A stretch of DNA of 64,000 nt from Thermoanaerobaculia bacterium (GTDB lineage Bacteria > Acidobacteriota > Thermoanaerobaculia > Gp7-AA8), in assembly GCA_035626775.1 (NCBI GenBank), contig DASPNA010000078.1, positions 42,771-106,770 of the forward strand, in the 5' to 3' direction. Positions 29,816 to 39,748 of this stretch are shown here, in pieces. The notes under the pieces were generated by a model. It was not told the origin of the DNA. It ran no database searches and saw nothing but the letters and a program-made list of their open reading frames with translations. Both the position numbers and the translations under genes were made by a program. The number at the start of each line of letters is the position of its first letter. Position 1 is the first letter of the stretch.

Positions 29816-29918
29816 GGAAATTGAAAATTGAAAATTGAAAATTGAAAAATCGGACTCCGGGTCGCGCGAGGCACCGACTTTCGTTTTTTCAATTTTCAAT
29901 TTTCAATTTTCAATTTCG
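29816..29918. repeat. AT-rich palindrome, (GAAAATT)x4 ... (CAATTTT)x4, family 5
   Basis: ggaaattgaaaattgaaaattgaaaattgaaaaatcgg ... ccgactttcgttttttcaattttcaattttcaattttcaatttcg. A stem of about 33 bp, between pilB and pilT. Confidence 0.8.
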
Positions 29919-29925
29919 TTTTCTC

Positions 29926-31641
29926 CTAAGCGACCGTCTCGCGAACGACTTCCTCGACGGTGGTCATACCTTCCTTGATTTTAATCAGCCCGGAGCGGCG
30001 CAGCGTGATCATGCCGTTCTCGATGGCCTTCTTCTTGATGTCGATGGCGGTGCCGCCTGCGAGAATGAGGTCGCGGATGTCGTCATCGATCTGCATGACT
30101 TCGATGAGACCGACGCGGCCTTTGTAGCCCGTGTTGTTGCACTTCTCGCAGCCTCGGCCTTTGTAAATCGTGAACGTCCCCACTTCCTCTTTCTTGTAGC
30201 CGAGGTTGGCGACGGCCTGATTGGTCATGTCGACGGCCTCCTTGCAGTTGGCGCAGATGCGCCGCACGAGACGCTGTGCGGCGATGAGCTGCGTCGCGGT
30301 GGCCACCAGGAAGGGCTCGATGCCCATGTTCATGAGGCGGTTGATGGTCGAGGGCGCGTCGTTCGTGTGCAGCGTCGACAGCACGAGGTGACCGGTCAGC
30401 GCAGCCTTGATCGCGATCTCCGCGGTTTCGAAGTCGCGGATCTCGCCGACCAGGATGATGTTCGGATCCTGGCGCAGGAACGAGCGCAGCGTGGCCGCGA
30501 AGTTGAGGCCGATCTGCTCCTTCATCTGCACCTGGTTGATCCCCGGCAGGTTGAACTCGACCGGATCTTCGGCGGTCATGATGTTCACTTCGGGCGAATT
30601 CACCTTCGAAAGTGCCGAGTACAGCGTGTTGGTCTTGCCCGAGCCGGTCGGCCCGGTGACGAGCACCATGCCCCACGGCTTGAAGATCGCTTCCTCGAAG
30701 CGCACGAGCGATTCCGGCTCGAATCCGAGCTTGGTCATGTCGAGACGGAGGTTGTCCTTGTCGAGCAGCCGCATGACGATCTTCTCGCCGAAGAGCGTCG
30801 GCAGCACCGAGACGCGGAAATCGAGCTCCTTGTTCTTGTCCTCGAGCTTGATCTTCAGCTTGATGCGGCCGTCCTGCGGCAGGCGCTTCTCCGAGATGTC
30901 GAGCTTCGAGAGAATCTTCATGCGCGAGGTCATGGCGTCCTTCAGCTTCAAGGGCGGATTCATGATCTCGTACAGGATGCCGTCGATGCGGAAGCGGACG
31001 CGATACTCCTTCTCGTACGGCTCGATGTGGATGTCGGAAGCACCGCGCTTGATGGCATCGGTAAGAATCAGGTTGCACAGCTTGACGACCGGCGCCTCCT
31101 CGGCGGAATCCGCGAGGGCGCTGACATCCATCTCCTCGTCTTCCTCGAGCACTTCGAGGTCGGCGCTCTCCTGGGTCTGAAGGTCTTCCATGACCTTCTT
31201 CAGCTCGAGCGAGGAAGTGGTGCCGTAGTAACTGTCGATGGCGGCCTTGATCCCGAGCTCGGAAGCTACGACCGGCTCGACGTTGTAGCCGGTCATGAAC
31301 TTGATGTCGTCCATGGCGAAGACGTTCGTCGGATCGGCCATGGCGATGGTGATCGTGGCGCCGGTCTTGTTGACCGGGAGGATGTTGTACTTGCGGGCGA
31401 CGTCGCCGGGGATCAGCTTGATCACGCCGGCGTCGATCTCGAAGTGCTGGAGGTTGATCGACGGCACACCGAACTGCTGGCTGAGGCACTCGGTGATGTC
31501 TTCTTCGGAGACGAAGCCGAGCTTGATCAGCGTTTCGCCGAGCTTGCCGCCGGTCTCCTTCTGGACGCGGAGCGCTTCCTTGAGCTGATCCTGCGAGATC
31601 AGGCTCGCTTTGGTGAGCAACTCACCGAGACGGACACTCAT
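29926..31641 (-). CDS. pilB: Type IV pilus assembly ATPase (GspE family)
   Basis: N-terminal GSPII_E_N-like domain, GPTGSGKTNTLYSAL Walker A, and a CxxC...CxxC tetracysteine motif. Confidence 0.9.
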   Translation of the reverse strand: MSVRLGELLTKASLISQDQLKEALRVQKETGGKLGETLIKLGFVSEEDITECLSQQFGVPSINLQHFEIDAGVIKLIPGDVARKYNILPVNKTGATITIAMADPTNVFAMDDIKFMTGYNVEPVVASELGIKAAIDSYYGTTSSLELKKVMEDLQTQESADLEVLEEDEEMDVSALADSAEEAPVVKLCNLILTDAIKRGASDIHIEPYEKEYRVRFRIDGILYEIMNPPLKLKDAMTSRMKILSKLDISEKRLPQDGRIKLKIKLEDKNKELDFRVSVLPTLFGEKIVMRLLDKDNLRLDMTKLGFEPESLVRFEEAIFKPWGMVLVTGPTGSGKTNTLYSALSKVNSPEVNIMTAEDPVEFNLPGINQVQMKEQIGLNFAATLRSFLRQDPNIILVGEIRDFETAEIAIKAALTGHLVLSTLHTNDAPSTINRLMNMGIEPFLVATATQLIAAQRLVRRICANCKEAVDMTNQAVANLGYKKEEVGTFTIYKGRGCEKCNNTGYKGRVGLIEVMQIDDDIRDLILAGGTAIDIKKKAIENGMITLRRSGLIKIKEGMTTVEEVVRETVA

Positions 31642-31752
31642 ACTTTTTTTTCTTTGACTCCCGAGGTGAACCTGCTCGCCCGGAACCGACCGGCGAGTTT
31701 AGCACCCGTGGTCGCGGGCGCGGACGGACCAGCGAGTTATTTTAACTGCACG

Positions 31753-32490
31753 TCAGCGCGGCAGCGGCGGCGGGTCACTGGCCGTCACGCCCTCGGTGAC
31801 TTTGTTGAGCGTCGCGGTGATGCTGCCGAACTTCACTTCGGTACGAATGCGCAGCGGCAGACGGCGCTCGTCATCGGAGTACCAGATGAACAGCTTCTCT
31901 TCGCGCTGCACGCCGGCGCTGGCCATCTGCGGCTCCACCAGCAGCGCGTTGAACGTGCCAAGCGGCGTCGTGATCTGCTCGCGCTTCACCACGTTGCCGT
32001 ACACGGTGTAGAGCTTGCCGCCGTCGATCAGTTTCAATTCATACGACTTCCCGGGTGCGAGCTCGAGCGTCCGGAAGTAATAGATGACGGAGATGGGATC
32101 GAAGATCGGACGGGGCACCGGCGTCTTGCGGATCTTCTTCCGCTTGCGAGACGCGACGCCGTCTTCGATGGTGATGGTCTCGCGCATCTTGTCGCCGCGC
32201 TCGTCGAGGCTCTTCACGATCTTGATGGTGGAAAAGTCTTCGCGCGCGACGGTGGTCTCGATCTCGTCCCGGATGCGGAAGAGGCGGCCCAGACCACCCC
32301 CGGACTTGGCCACGGAAGTGATGCGATAGTGCGCGTCGTCGTGCGGCGAGATGGTCATGCGCGCGGTACCGCCCGTGACCTTCATCCAGGTGACGGTGAA
32401 GTCGAGCGTCTCTCCTGCCTCGTACGTATCGTGGAGCGGACCGGCGATGGACGCGGAAACCGCGAAGAGAACCGCGAGCGCAAAAGTCAC
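31753..32490 (-). CDS. DUF3108-family protein
   Basis: Signal-peptide-like N-terminus and DUF3108-like size and composition. 4-nt overlap with the upstream GT9 gene. Confidence 0.65.
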   Translation of the reverse strand: MTFALAVLFAVSASIAGPLHDTYEAGETLDFTVTWMKVTGGTARMTISPHDDAHYRITSVAKSGGGLGRLFRIRDEIETTVAREDFSTIKIVKSLDERGDKMRETITIEDGVASRKRKKIRKTPVPRPIFDPISVIYYFRTLELAPGKSYELKLIDGGKLYTVYGNVVKREQITTPLGTFNALLVEPQMASAGVQREEKLFIWYSDDERRLPLRIRTEVKFGSITATLNKVTEGVTASDPPPLPR

Positions 32491-33407
32491 TCCGCGGTGA
32501 CCCTTCCCAGCATCGTCATCACCTCTTCAACACTTATCGAGTCCATCCATTTCGTGGTGGAAAAACGGTCGATGCAATGTTGCAGTTGGTGATACGGACC
32601 GTTGCGCCGTGGATTGGTCGGGCCGTAGAGGCCGATGACCTTCGTCCCGAGCGCGTCCGCGAGGTGCAGCGGGCCGGTGTCGCCGCCGATGACGACCTCT
32701 GCACTTTGGAGCAGACCTGCAAGCTCACGCAGGTTCGTCGACGGCGCGATACGAGCTCCGATCGCTTCCGCGAGCTCCCGTTCTCCCGGCCCCCACGCCG
32801 CGACCGCGCGCGGACCGATGCGCTTTGCGAGCTCGCGAAAACGCTCGACGGGCCACAGTTTGTTGGCCTTTCCGGCACCCGGGAGCAGGACGATGGAGTT
32901 TTCATAGCCAGGAACCGGAACCGCGAAATCGTCCCAATTCTGGAGCGACGGGCTCTCAGCCCGTCGGGTCTCGAGGTCGACCGGCTGAGAGCCCGTCGCT
33001 CCAGATGCGAGCTGCAGGTTTTGATCGATGACGTGCGACGCCGCATCGACACGTACGTGGCGGTTCGTGAACAGGAGCGCGGCTTTCTCGCGGATGGCGT
33101 GGCGATCGAATCCGTATCGCGTTTTCGCACCTGACAACCATCCGAGCGCCGCCGATTTGATCAGTCCCTGAAAGTCGACAGATGCATCGAAGCCGCGCGC
33201 GCTGCGAATCGCGCGAATGGCAGCTCGCGGTTCTTTCTTCATGCGCACCGGCAGCACCTCCACACCCGCGACGATCTCCACGAGCTCGCGATACGGCGCT
33301 TCGACGACCCACGTGACGTCCGCCGCGTTCTTGAGCGACACGACCGCGGGGATGGTGTGAATGACGTCGCCGAGTGCTGACAGACGAAGGACGAGCAGAC
33401 GGCTCAT
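32487..33407 (-). CDS. Glycosyltransferase family 9 (ADP-heptose:LPS heptosyltransferase-like)
   Basis: [22 protein letters not shown]...[24 protein letters not shown] (GT9 signature). ATGA overlap with hldC at 33404-33407. Contains an in-frame family-3 repeat. Confidence 0.8.
   Translation of the reverse strand: MSRLLVLRLSALGDVIHTIPAVVSLKNAADVTWVVEAPYRELVEIVAGVEVLPVRMKKEPRAAIRAIRSARGFDASVDFQGLIKSAALGWLSGAKTRYGFDRHAIREKAALLFTNRHVRVDAASHVIDQNLQLASGATGSQPVDLETRRAESPSLQNWDDFAVPVPGYENSIVLLPGAGKANKLWPVERFRELAKRIGPRAVAAWGPGERELAEAIGARIAPSTNLRELAGLLQSAEVVIGGDTGPLHLADALGTKVIGLYGPTNPRRNGPYHQLQHCIDRFSTTKWMDSISVEEVMTMLGRVTAE
32940..33004. repeat. Palindromic element family 3, full copy embedded in-frame within the GT9 CDS
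   Basis: ctggagcgacgggctctcagcccgtcg ggtctcgaggtcgac cggctgagagcccgtcgctccag. Translated on the minus strand as [21 protein letters not shown]. Confidence 0.75.
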
Positions 33408-33877
33408 CGCGCCCGCAATTTCTGGAGCACTGCGGTCGTCGAATGGTCCTTCGGGTCGCCGACGATTGCCACGCGTCCGCCATAGGACCGCACGATCTCG
33501 GCTTCCGGCACGGAGTCGGCCGTGTAGTCGGTGCCTTTGCACTGCACGTCGGGCCGCAACGTCTGCAGCAAGCGGCCGGGATTCTCCTCGCGAAAGATCG
33601 TGACGTACGCGACACCGCGAATCGCCGCAATGATCTCGGCGCGTTCGTCCTCCGGCATCACAGGCCGCCCCTCGCCTTTCAGCCTGCGCACCGATTCATC
33701 GCCGTTGACGCCGACCACGAGCACGTCCGCTTCGCGTGCCGCATCCTGCAGATAGCGGATGTGGCCGACGTGCAGCACATCGAAACAACCATTCGCGAAC
33801 GCGATCGATTTGCCGTTCGCACGCTCTTGCGCGAGCGCATCGACCAGCGCTTGCTCATCGAGGATCCGAGCGTTCAT
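33404..33877 (-). CDS. hldC: D-glycero-beta-D-manno-heptose 1-phosphate adenylyltransferase (RfaE domain II)
   Basis: [18 protein letters not shown], the cytidylyltransferase HxGH motif. Confidence 0.85.
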   Translation of the reverse strand: MNARILDEQALVDALAQERANGKSIAFANGCFDVLHVGHIRYLQDAAREADVLVVGVNGDESVRRLKGEGRPVMPEDERAEIIAAIRGVAYVTIFREENPGRLLQTLRPDVQCKGTDYTADSVPEAEIVRSYGGRVAIVGDPKDHSTTAVLQKLRAR

Positions 33878-34890
33878 TCATTCAACTCTTCGTCGCGCTG
33901 AATCGCGTGCGCGAGCTCGTCGTTCGACACCGTTGCCGTCCCCATCTTCATCACCACGATCCCGCCCGCATAGTTCGCGAGCTTTGCCGCTTCCGCGAAC
34001 GACGCACCAGCCGCGAGTCCAAGCGTGAACGTGGCGATGACCGTATCTCCTGCGCCCGTGACATCGGCCACCTGATCGGTGCCCGACACCGGAATCAACA
34101 AAGGCGCACTCGCATCCCGCTCCAGCAACGCCATTCCTCGGCTCCCCCGAGTGATCAGCACCGCATCGCAATCGAGGCCCTGCTGCAGCTTGCGCGCGAC
34201 GCCGCCGACCTTCTCTTCCTCGCCGTTCCATAGCGATGTGCCCGCGGCGGCAGCGGCTTCCTCTTCGTTCGGCGTCGCCGCGGTCACGCCGCGATAGCTG
34301 AGCAGGTCGTAGCGCGAATCGAGCGTGACCGCTTTTCCGTCCGCGCGCGCCGTCAGCTCCGCGACCACGGACGGGCGCACGACCCCGTATCCGTAGTCGC
34401 TGACGAGCGCCGCGTGGCTGTTCGCGATCGCGTTGCGCAGGATGGCCGTGAAGTGTTGCGCTTCTTCGTCCGTCATGACGAACTTGTCTTCGATGTCGTA
34501 GCGCACGATCTGCTGCCGGCTCGCGTGCGGCATGCCGCCGAGGATGCGTACTTTGGTCGGCGTGTCGTAGCGGTCGGTGCGCTGGATGCCGTCGCACGAG
34601 ATGCCGTTCGACGAGAGATGCGCGACGAGCGTGTGCGCCGCGGAATCATTGCCGAGCACCGACACCGGCACCGGCAATGCGCCGAGGGCGTGGATGTTGT
34701 TGATGGCGTTGCCGGCGCCGCCGAGGAGGATGTCGTCGCGGTACTGGCGGAGGATGAGCACCGGCGCCTCGCGCGAGATGCGCTTCGGCGTGCCGTAGAT
34801 GAAACGGTCCGCTACGATGTCGCCGTAGACGACGACCAGCTTCCCCTTCATCGCTTCCGTGAGCTGCAACAGGCGGGAGCGGCTGAACAC
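33874..34890 (-). CDS. hldA: D-glycero-beta-D-manno-heptose-7-phosphate kinase (RfaE domain I, PfkB family)
   Basis: PfkB kinase motifs (GGAGNA..., DVTGAGDT). 4-nt overlap with hldC. Confidence 0.85.
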   Translation of the reverse strand: MFSRSRLLQLTEAMKGKLVVVYGDIVADRFIYGTPKRISREAPVLILRQYRDDILLGGAGNAINNIHALGALPVPVSVLGNDSAAHTLVAHLSSNGISCDGIQRTDRYDTPTKVRILGGMPHASRQQIVRYDIEDKFVMTDEEAQHFTAILRNAIANSHAALVSDYGYGVVRPSVVAELTARADGKAVTLDSRYDLLSYRGVTAATPNEEEAAAAAGTSLWNGEEEKVGGVARKLQQGLDCDAVLITRGSRGMALLERDASAPLLIPVSGTDQVADVTGAGDTVIATFTLGLAAGASFAEAAKLANYAGGIVVMKMGTATVSNDELAHAIQRDEELNE

Positions 34891-34906
34891 GCGGGGAGTC
34901 TAAACG

Positions 34907-35095
34907 ATGACTGACGAACGGCGCTTGATCGAAGGTGTGGACTTTTACCGCGAGGGACCGTACGTCGTATTCACGGAGAAGTATCTGCGCGAGCGCGGAT
35001 ACTGTTGCGAGTCAGGCTGCCGGCATTGTCCGTATGGGTTCAGCAAGGACCAGCGCAGTGACGTGCCGTGGGAACGCCGCCGTCCCGGCGGCTGA
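34907..35095 (+). CDS. Small Cys-rich protein (DUF5522-like)
   Basis: MTDERRLIEGVDFYREGPYVVFTEKYLRERGYCCESGCRHCPYGF. Confidence 0.5.
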   Translation: MTDERRLIEGVDFYREGPYVVFTEKYLRERGYCCESGCRHCPYGFSKDQRSDVPWERRRPGG

Positions 35096-35145
35096 GCGGG
35101 CGGCGTCTCGCCGCCGTCCCCCTCCCGCGGCGAGACGCCGCGTGC

Positions 35146-35622
35146 TCAGCCGGCGGGGACGCCGGCGTTCCGCAGGTCGGCTTCGCGTAGTTCCACCTTC
35201 TCGTCGCTCGTGAGCACGTTCTCGACGTCGATCAGCAGATAGACCTCTTCGCCGAACGGAATCACCGCGATGAGCAACTCGCCGCGGATGCCGCGAATGA
35301 GCGGCGGCGGCGGGAGGAGCGTGTCGGGCCCCACGTTCACGATGCGCCGCACTTCATCGACTTTCAGGCCGATCACGCCGGCGCTGGTGTGCGTGATCAG
35401 CACCAGCGGCTCGGGCTTGGACTCGAGCTTCGGATAAAGACGCTGGCGCAGGTCGATGATCGGAATCACTTCGTTGCGCAGCACGACGATGCCTTCGATG
35501 AACGCGGGCGCGGTCGGTACCGTGGTCGAGCCGGCGTACGGCACGATCTGCCGCACGGCCATGATGTCGAGCACGAACGTCTCCGGCCCGACGCGGAACG
35601 TGATCATGCGCAGGTCGGCCAT
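35146..35622 (-). CDS. cheW: Chemotaxis coupling protein
   Basis: 158 aa CheW-like domain (…FRVGPETFVLDIMAVRQIV…). Confidence 0.85.
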   Translation of the reverse strand: MADLRMITFRVGPETFVLDIMAVRQIVPYAGSTTVPTAPAFIEGIVVLRNEVIPIIDLRQRLYPKLESKPEPLVLITHTSAGVIGLKVDEVRRIVNVGPDTLLPPPPLIRGIRGELLIAVIPFGEEVYLLIDVENVLTSDEKVELREADLRNAGVPAG

Positions 35623-35628
35623 GACGGA

Positions 35629-37704
35629 TCAGCCCCTGACGCGGAACTTCCTGACTTCACTTTCGAGGCTGCGAATCGCGTCGTTGAGGAGCGTGATGGC
35701 CTCGCTCATGTCGCTCGCCGTGGAACGGTTGCCTTCGGCGATCGCGCGGACCTGCTGCATCGTGGCGACGATCTTCTCGGACTCCGACGACTGATCGGCG
35801 GCGACCTGGAAAATCTCGTGGATCATCTCGATCATCCGCTCCGCGGCCGCCGAGATCATCGACGATCCCGACTTCTGTTCGACCATCGCCTGGCGCACGT
35901 ACTTGGTCACTTCGCGCATCGATTCGACGGCGCGCATGATGTGATCCGAGCCCTGCGCCTGCTGGCGCGTCGCGGCGTTGATCTGGCCGACCATCGACTG
36001 CAACCGCTCGACGGCGCGCGTCACGGTTTCGCTGCCGATGGCCTGCTCGCGCGTCGCGTTCGCGATCTCTTTGCCCATGTTCGAGGCCTTCGACGCCGAG
36101 TCGAGAATGTTGTTCAGTGCTTTGCCCGCTTCATGGGAAAGCGCGACGCCGTTCTCGACGAGCGATGAGCCGGCGGACGTCGCCTTGAGCGCGTTATCGA
36201 CCTCTTCCTGCACGCCGCGAATGAGATTGGCGATGTCGCGCGTCGACGAGGCCGTCCGCTCCGAGAGGTCGCGAATCTCGGCCGCGACGACGGAGAAGCC
36301 TTTGCCGTATTCGCCTGCCTGCGCCGCGAGAATGGCCGCGTTCAGCGCGAGCAGGTTCGTCTGCTCCGCGACGTCTTCGATCACGTTCAGGATCTTGCCG
36401 ATGGCAACGGAACGATCGCCGAGGCGCGAGACGACGGAGTTCGCTTCGACGACGGACTGGCGAATCTGCTCCATGCCGTCGATCGTCTCGCGCACCGCGT
36501 TCATCCCCGACTCCGCTGCGTCGGCTACGGCGAGCGCGAGATCGTACGAGCGCGCCGCGTTCACCTCCACCTCCGCGATCGACGCGGACATCTCCACCAT
36601 CGACGATGACGTGTCGGTGACGAACGTCGTGAGGTAGACGACGTTCTGATCGACTTCGCTGATCGAAGACACCATCTGATGGGTTGCCGACGCGGTGTCT
36701 TCGACGGACGTGAAAAGCGTGTCGGTGTGGCGGCTCACTTCCTCCATCGACGCGACCATCTCGAGCATCGACGATGACGTCTCTTCCGACGATGCCGAAA
36801 GCGCCTCGACGTTGTCGGTGATCTTGCGAACGCCGCCGTTGAGCTGATCGATGGAGAGATACGTCTCGTCGATGACGGAGCGCTGTTCGTCTACACGTGC
36901 GATGACGAGACGCGAGCGGCTGTCCACTGTCTCGACCACGGACTTCAGCTTCGCCTGCGACTGCATCAGGTTCCTGACCGTCCGCTCGAGATCGCTCGCC
37001 ATCGCGTTGAACGCCTCGGCGAGACTGCCGATCTCGTCGGTCGTGCCGACTTCCGCGCGCTGCGTGAGGTCGCCTTTCGCGATCTGCCGCGCCGAGGTCA
37101 CGAGCGCGAGGATCGGCCGCACGATCAGCATCGATGCGAACCACGCCAGCAGACTCGCAAGCGCGAGCACGACGGCGGTGATGCCGAGGTTCATTCGGAA
37201 AAGAGAGGTGAGTGCACTTTGCGCCTGCGACTCGTTCATCAGCAGGCGAAAGTGGCCCTTCGGCGCTCCTGTCGCGGCACCCGTTTCGAAGAATGGCACG
37301 GTGTACACATGGTGCCCTTCGCCGACCAGCGCTCCTTCTTCCGCGCGAATCTCGCGACTCGTGAGGGTCGCGGGGAGTTCCGCTTTCGACGCGGCGAGGA
37401 TCTTTCCGCTGCCGTCGCGGAACTCCGCGTACTCGACGGATGGATTCGTCGCGAGCTTGTTGACGATCGCCTTCAGATCGTCGGTGAGGCCGAAGATCAC
37501 GTAGTAACCGGCGGTCGCTTCGATCGTGCGCGAGATCGCGGAGCCCTGCTCCACGGTCTGCCGGATCATCGCGCGCCGCACGAGATACTGCTGCAGCAGC
37601 AACAGCAACAGCGCGATGAGGATGGTGCCGGTGGCGAACACGAGCACGAACTTGGAGCGCAGGCCGAACCGCACACCTTCGTCATTCTGATTCTCGACCG
37701 CCAT
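35629..37704 (-). CDS. Methyl-accepting chemotaxis protein with HAMP domains
   Basis: N-terminal TM segment, HAMP, and a long MCP signalling domain with repeated ...SSS..E.S.SM.EM... heptads. Confidence 0.85.
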   Translation of the reverse strand: MAVENQNDEGVRFGLRSKFVLVFATGTILIALLLLLLQQYLVRRAMIRQTVEQGSAISRTIEATAGYYVIFGLTDDLKAIVNKLATNPSVEYAEFRDGSGKILAASKAELPATLTSREIRAEEGALVGEGHHVYTVPFFETGAATGAPKGHFRLLMNESQAQSALTSLFRMNLGITAVVLALASLLAWFASMLIVRPILALVTSARQIAKGDLTQRAEVGTTDEIGSLAEAFNAMASDLERTVRNLMQSQAKLKSVVETVDSRSRLVIARVDEQRSVIDETYLSIDQLNGGVRKITDNVEALSASSEETSSSMLEMVASMEEVSRHTDTLFTSVEDTASATHQMVSSISEVDQNVVYLTTFVTDTSSSMVEMSASIAEVEVNAARSYDLALAVADAAESGMNAVRETIDGMEQIRQSVVEANSVVSRLGDRSVAIGKILNVIEDVAEQTNLLALNAAILAAQAGEYGKGFSVVAAEIRDLSERTASSTRDIANLIRGVQEEVDNALKATSAGSSLVENGVALSHEAGKALNNILDSASKASNMGKEIANATREQAIGSETVTRAVERLQSMVGQINAATRQQAQGSDHIMRAVESMREVTKYVRQAMVEQKSGSSMISAAAERMIEMIHEIFQVAADQSSESEKIVATMQQVRAIAEGNRSTASDMSEAITLLNDAIRSLESEVRKFRVRG

Positions 37705-37757
37705 AGGACGGCGGGAGTTTAGCAGCACGGCGTCCGGCCGCTGCTATCATCCCGGCC

Positions 37758-38705
37758 ATGCCTCAGATCCGCTGTCCTAAGTGCGGACAGCTCTACGACA
37801 TCCCCGGCGTCGTGGCCGTGCGGCTGCCGAACTCGATCGCCACGTGTCACTGCGGCGAATGGCTCTCCGGCAGCAAGGCGGCGGTGCTGGCGCGGCTGGT
37901 GGACGTCAATCAGATTCGCGAGATCGATCTGAAGCCGTATCGCGTCGACGCCGCCGAGCCTTCGACCGGAGAAGCGCACAGCGAGCCGATGATTGCGCCG
38001 TCAAGGCCGCGATCGGTGCGCATCGTCGCGCGCGGCACGAAGGAATCGGTCAACATCGTCTTCACGATTCACGAGCATCCGCTCTGGATCGGCCGCAAGG
38101 GATGTCACGTCGAGCTCGCGGAAGCGGAGCTGTCGATCCGCCATTGCTCGATTGCGGTGCGCGGCGAGAACCTCGTCGTGCGCGATGCCGACTCGCACAT
38201 GGGAACGTTCCTGGACGGTCAAGCGATCGACGAGGCAGTCATCGGCGACGGCGTTCATCTGCTGCGCGCCGGCGCCGCGCTGGTCAGTGTCGAGCCGACG
38301 GACGAGCCTGGAGTGCTGGTCGGGCCGATCGCGCTCGACGACGCAAGCGTGACGGACGAAGGGGCGCTTGCCGCGAAAGTGCGCAGCGCACGCTCGACGC
38401 AACCCGCTCCCGCGGCGCGCGTGGTGTTGATCTGCGTCGAAGGCCCGCTCGCAGGCCAGGAGTTCGAGGTGCCGAGCGGCGGTCTGGTCGTCGGACGCGA
38501 AGGACACGTGCGCGTGCCGGACGAGTTTCTCTCGCGGCGACACTTCGAAGTCGCCCGCGAAGACGACGGCGCGATCCGCGTCCGCGACCTCGGCAGCCGC
38601 AACGGCACCTTCCTCAACACGCTTCCCGCGCGCAATACGAAAGTGCACGCGGGCGACGAGATCCGTGCCGGCGTCAACCGGTTCAAGGTCGAACATCGGG
38701 CCTGA
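37758..38705 (+). CDS. Zinc-ribbon protein with two FHA domains
   Basis: CPKCGQ...CHCGEW; two FHA cores (GRKGCHVEL...SIRHCSIAV...DSHMGTF and GREGHVRVPDEFLSRRHFEV...DLGSRNGTF). Confidence 0.8.
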   Translation: MPQIRCPKCGQLYDIPGVVAVRLPNSIATCHCGEWLSGSKAAVLARLVDVNQIREIDLKPYRVDAAEPSTGEAHSEPMIAPSRPRSVRIVARGTKESVNIVFTIHEHPLWIGRKGCHVELAEAELSIRHCSIAVRGENLVVRDADSHMGTFLDGQAIDEAVIGDGVHLLRAGAALVSVEPTDEPGVLVGPIALDDASVTDEGALAAKVRSARSTQPAPAARVVLICVEGPLAGQEFEVPSGGLVVGREGHVRVPDEFLSRRHFEVAREDDGAIRVRDLGSRNGTFLNTLPARNTKVHAGDEIRAGVNRFKVEHRA

Positions 38706-38795
38706 TTCCTTATTGATGGCGCTTCCATCATTGCGCGTTGGCTCGACACGGGCGCGGGTGGCATACTTCGCCCCTCTCTCTCAAGGACAACACGT

Positions 38796-39662
38796 ATGCA
38801 CATGTTCGAATCCGTCGCGGCTCGGGTTCTCGAACCCATTTCCGAGTTGCTGCAGAAGCCTCTCTCTCTCGTCGACGGGCAATCGCATGAAGTCACCAGC
38901 GCGTTTGCGATTCGCCTGACTGCGCCGCGCGTCGCGATCGTCTCATCGGACGGCGTACCGTTCACGGAACGCGAGCGGCGTGTCATTGAAGACCTCTTCG
39001 GCGTGGTGCGGCTGGTGAGCGAAAGCGAGTCGCGATACGAGGAGCTCGAGCAGCGGATGCTCAGCCTGCAGCGCGAGAACCTCGATCTCGTCGTGAAGAA
39101 CCGGATGTTGTCGGAGGTATCGTCGCGCGATTCGCTGACCGGGTTGTACAACCGCTGGTTCGTGATCGAGAAGATCGACAGCGAGATCAATCGCTCGCTG
39201 CGGCACGGGTCGCCGATGTCGCTGCTGATGCTCGACATCGATCACTTCAAGCGCGTCAACGACACCTGGGGACACGGCGCGGGCGATCAGGTGCTGCAGG
39301 CCATCGGGAAGCTGCTGCGCGACAGTTGCCGCGTGTACGACGTGCCGGGGCGTTACGGCGGCGAAGAGTTCTGCATCGTGTTGCCGGAAACGAAGCCGGG
39401 AAACACGACCGTGGTCGCGGAACGGATCCGCGCGCGGCTCGAATCGACGGCGCTCGCGTGTGGCGACGCGTCGATCACAGTGACGGCGTCGATCGGCATC
39501 GCCGGGATGGATACGGCGGATTCCGGCGAGCTGCTCAGTCCGGCGGCACTGATCGAGCGCGCCGACCGCGCCCTCTACTCCGCAAAAAACCGCGGACGCA
39601 ATCGGGTCGAATTATGGGACCATGCGGTACTACAAGTCGGCGGCGAGTCCACCAGCCATTGA
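38796..39662 (+). CDS. GGDEF-domain diguanylate cyclase
   Basis: RYGGEEFCIVLPET (GGEEF) with an intact I-site context. Confidence 0.85.
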   Translation: MHMFESVAARVLEPISELLQKPLSLVDGQSHEVTSAFAIRLTAPRVAIVSSDGVPFTERERRVIEDLFGVVRLVSESESRYEELEQRMLSLQRENLDLVVKNRMLSEVSSRDSLTGLYNRWFVIEKIDSEINRSLRHGSPMSLLMLDIDHFKRVNDTWGHGAGDQVLQAIGKLLRDSCRVYDVPGRYGGEEFCIVLPETKPGNTTVVAERIRARLESTALACGDASITVTASIGIAGMDTADSGELLSPAALIERADRALYSAKNRGRNRVELWDHAVLQVGGESTSH

Positions 39663-39748
39663 ATTTCTCTCGACGGTGAGCCCGGTCACGGCTCGCGGTG
39701 GGCTGTCGCCGTAGATTGAGCAGCACCAAAATCGGACACGAGGGGACA

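Noticed and set aside
28529-32592. Plus-strand ORFs of 431 and 916 aa across the pil locus
   Set aside because: Antisense to pilT and pilB, with a compositionally implausible RxxR/DxxG-rich product.
37781-38716. 311-aa alternative-frame ORF overlapping the FHA-domain gene
   Set aside because: Arg-rich frame-shadow of the zinc-ribbon/FHA protein.
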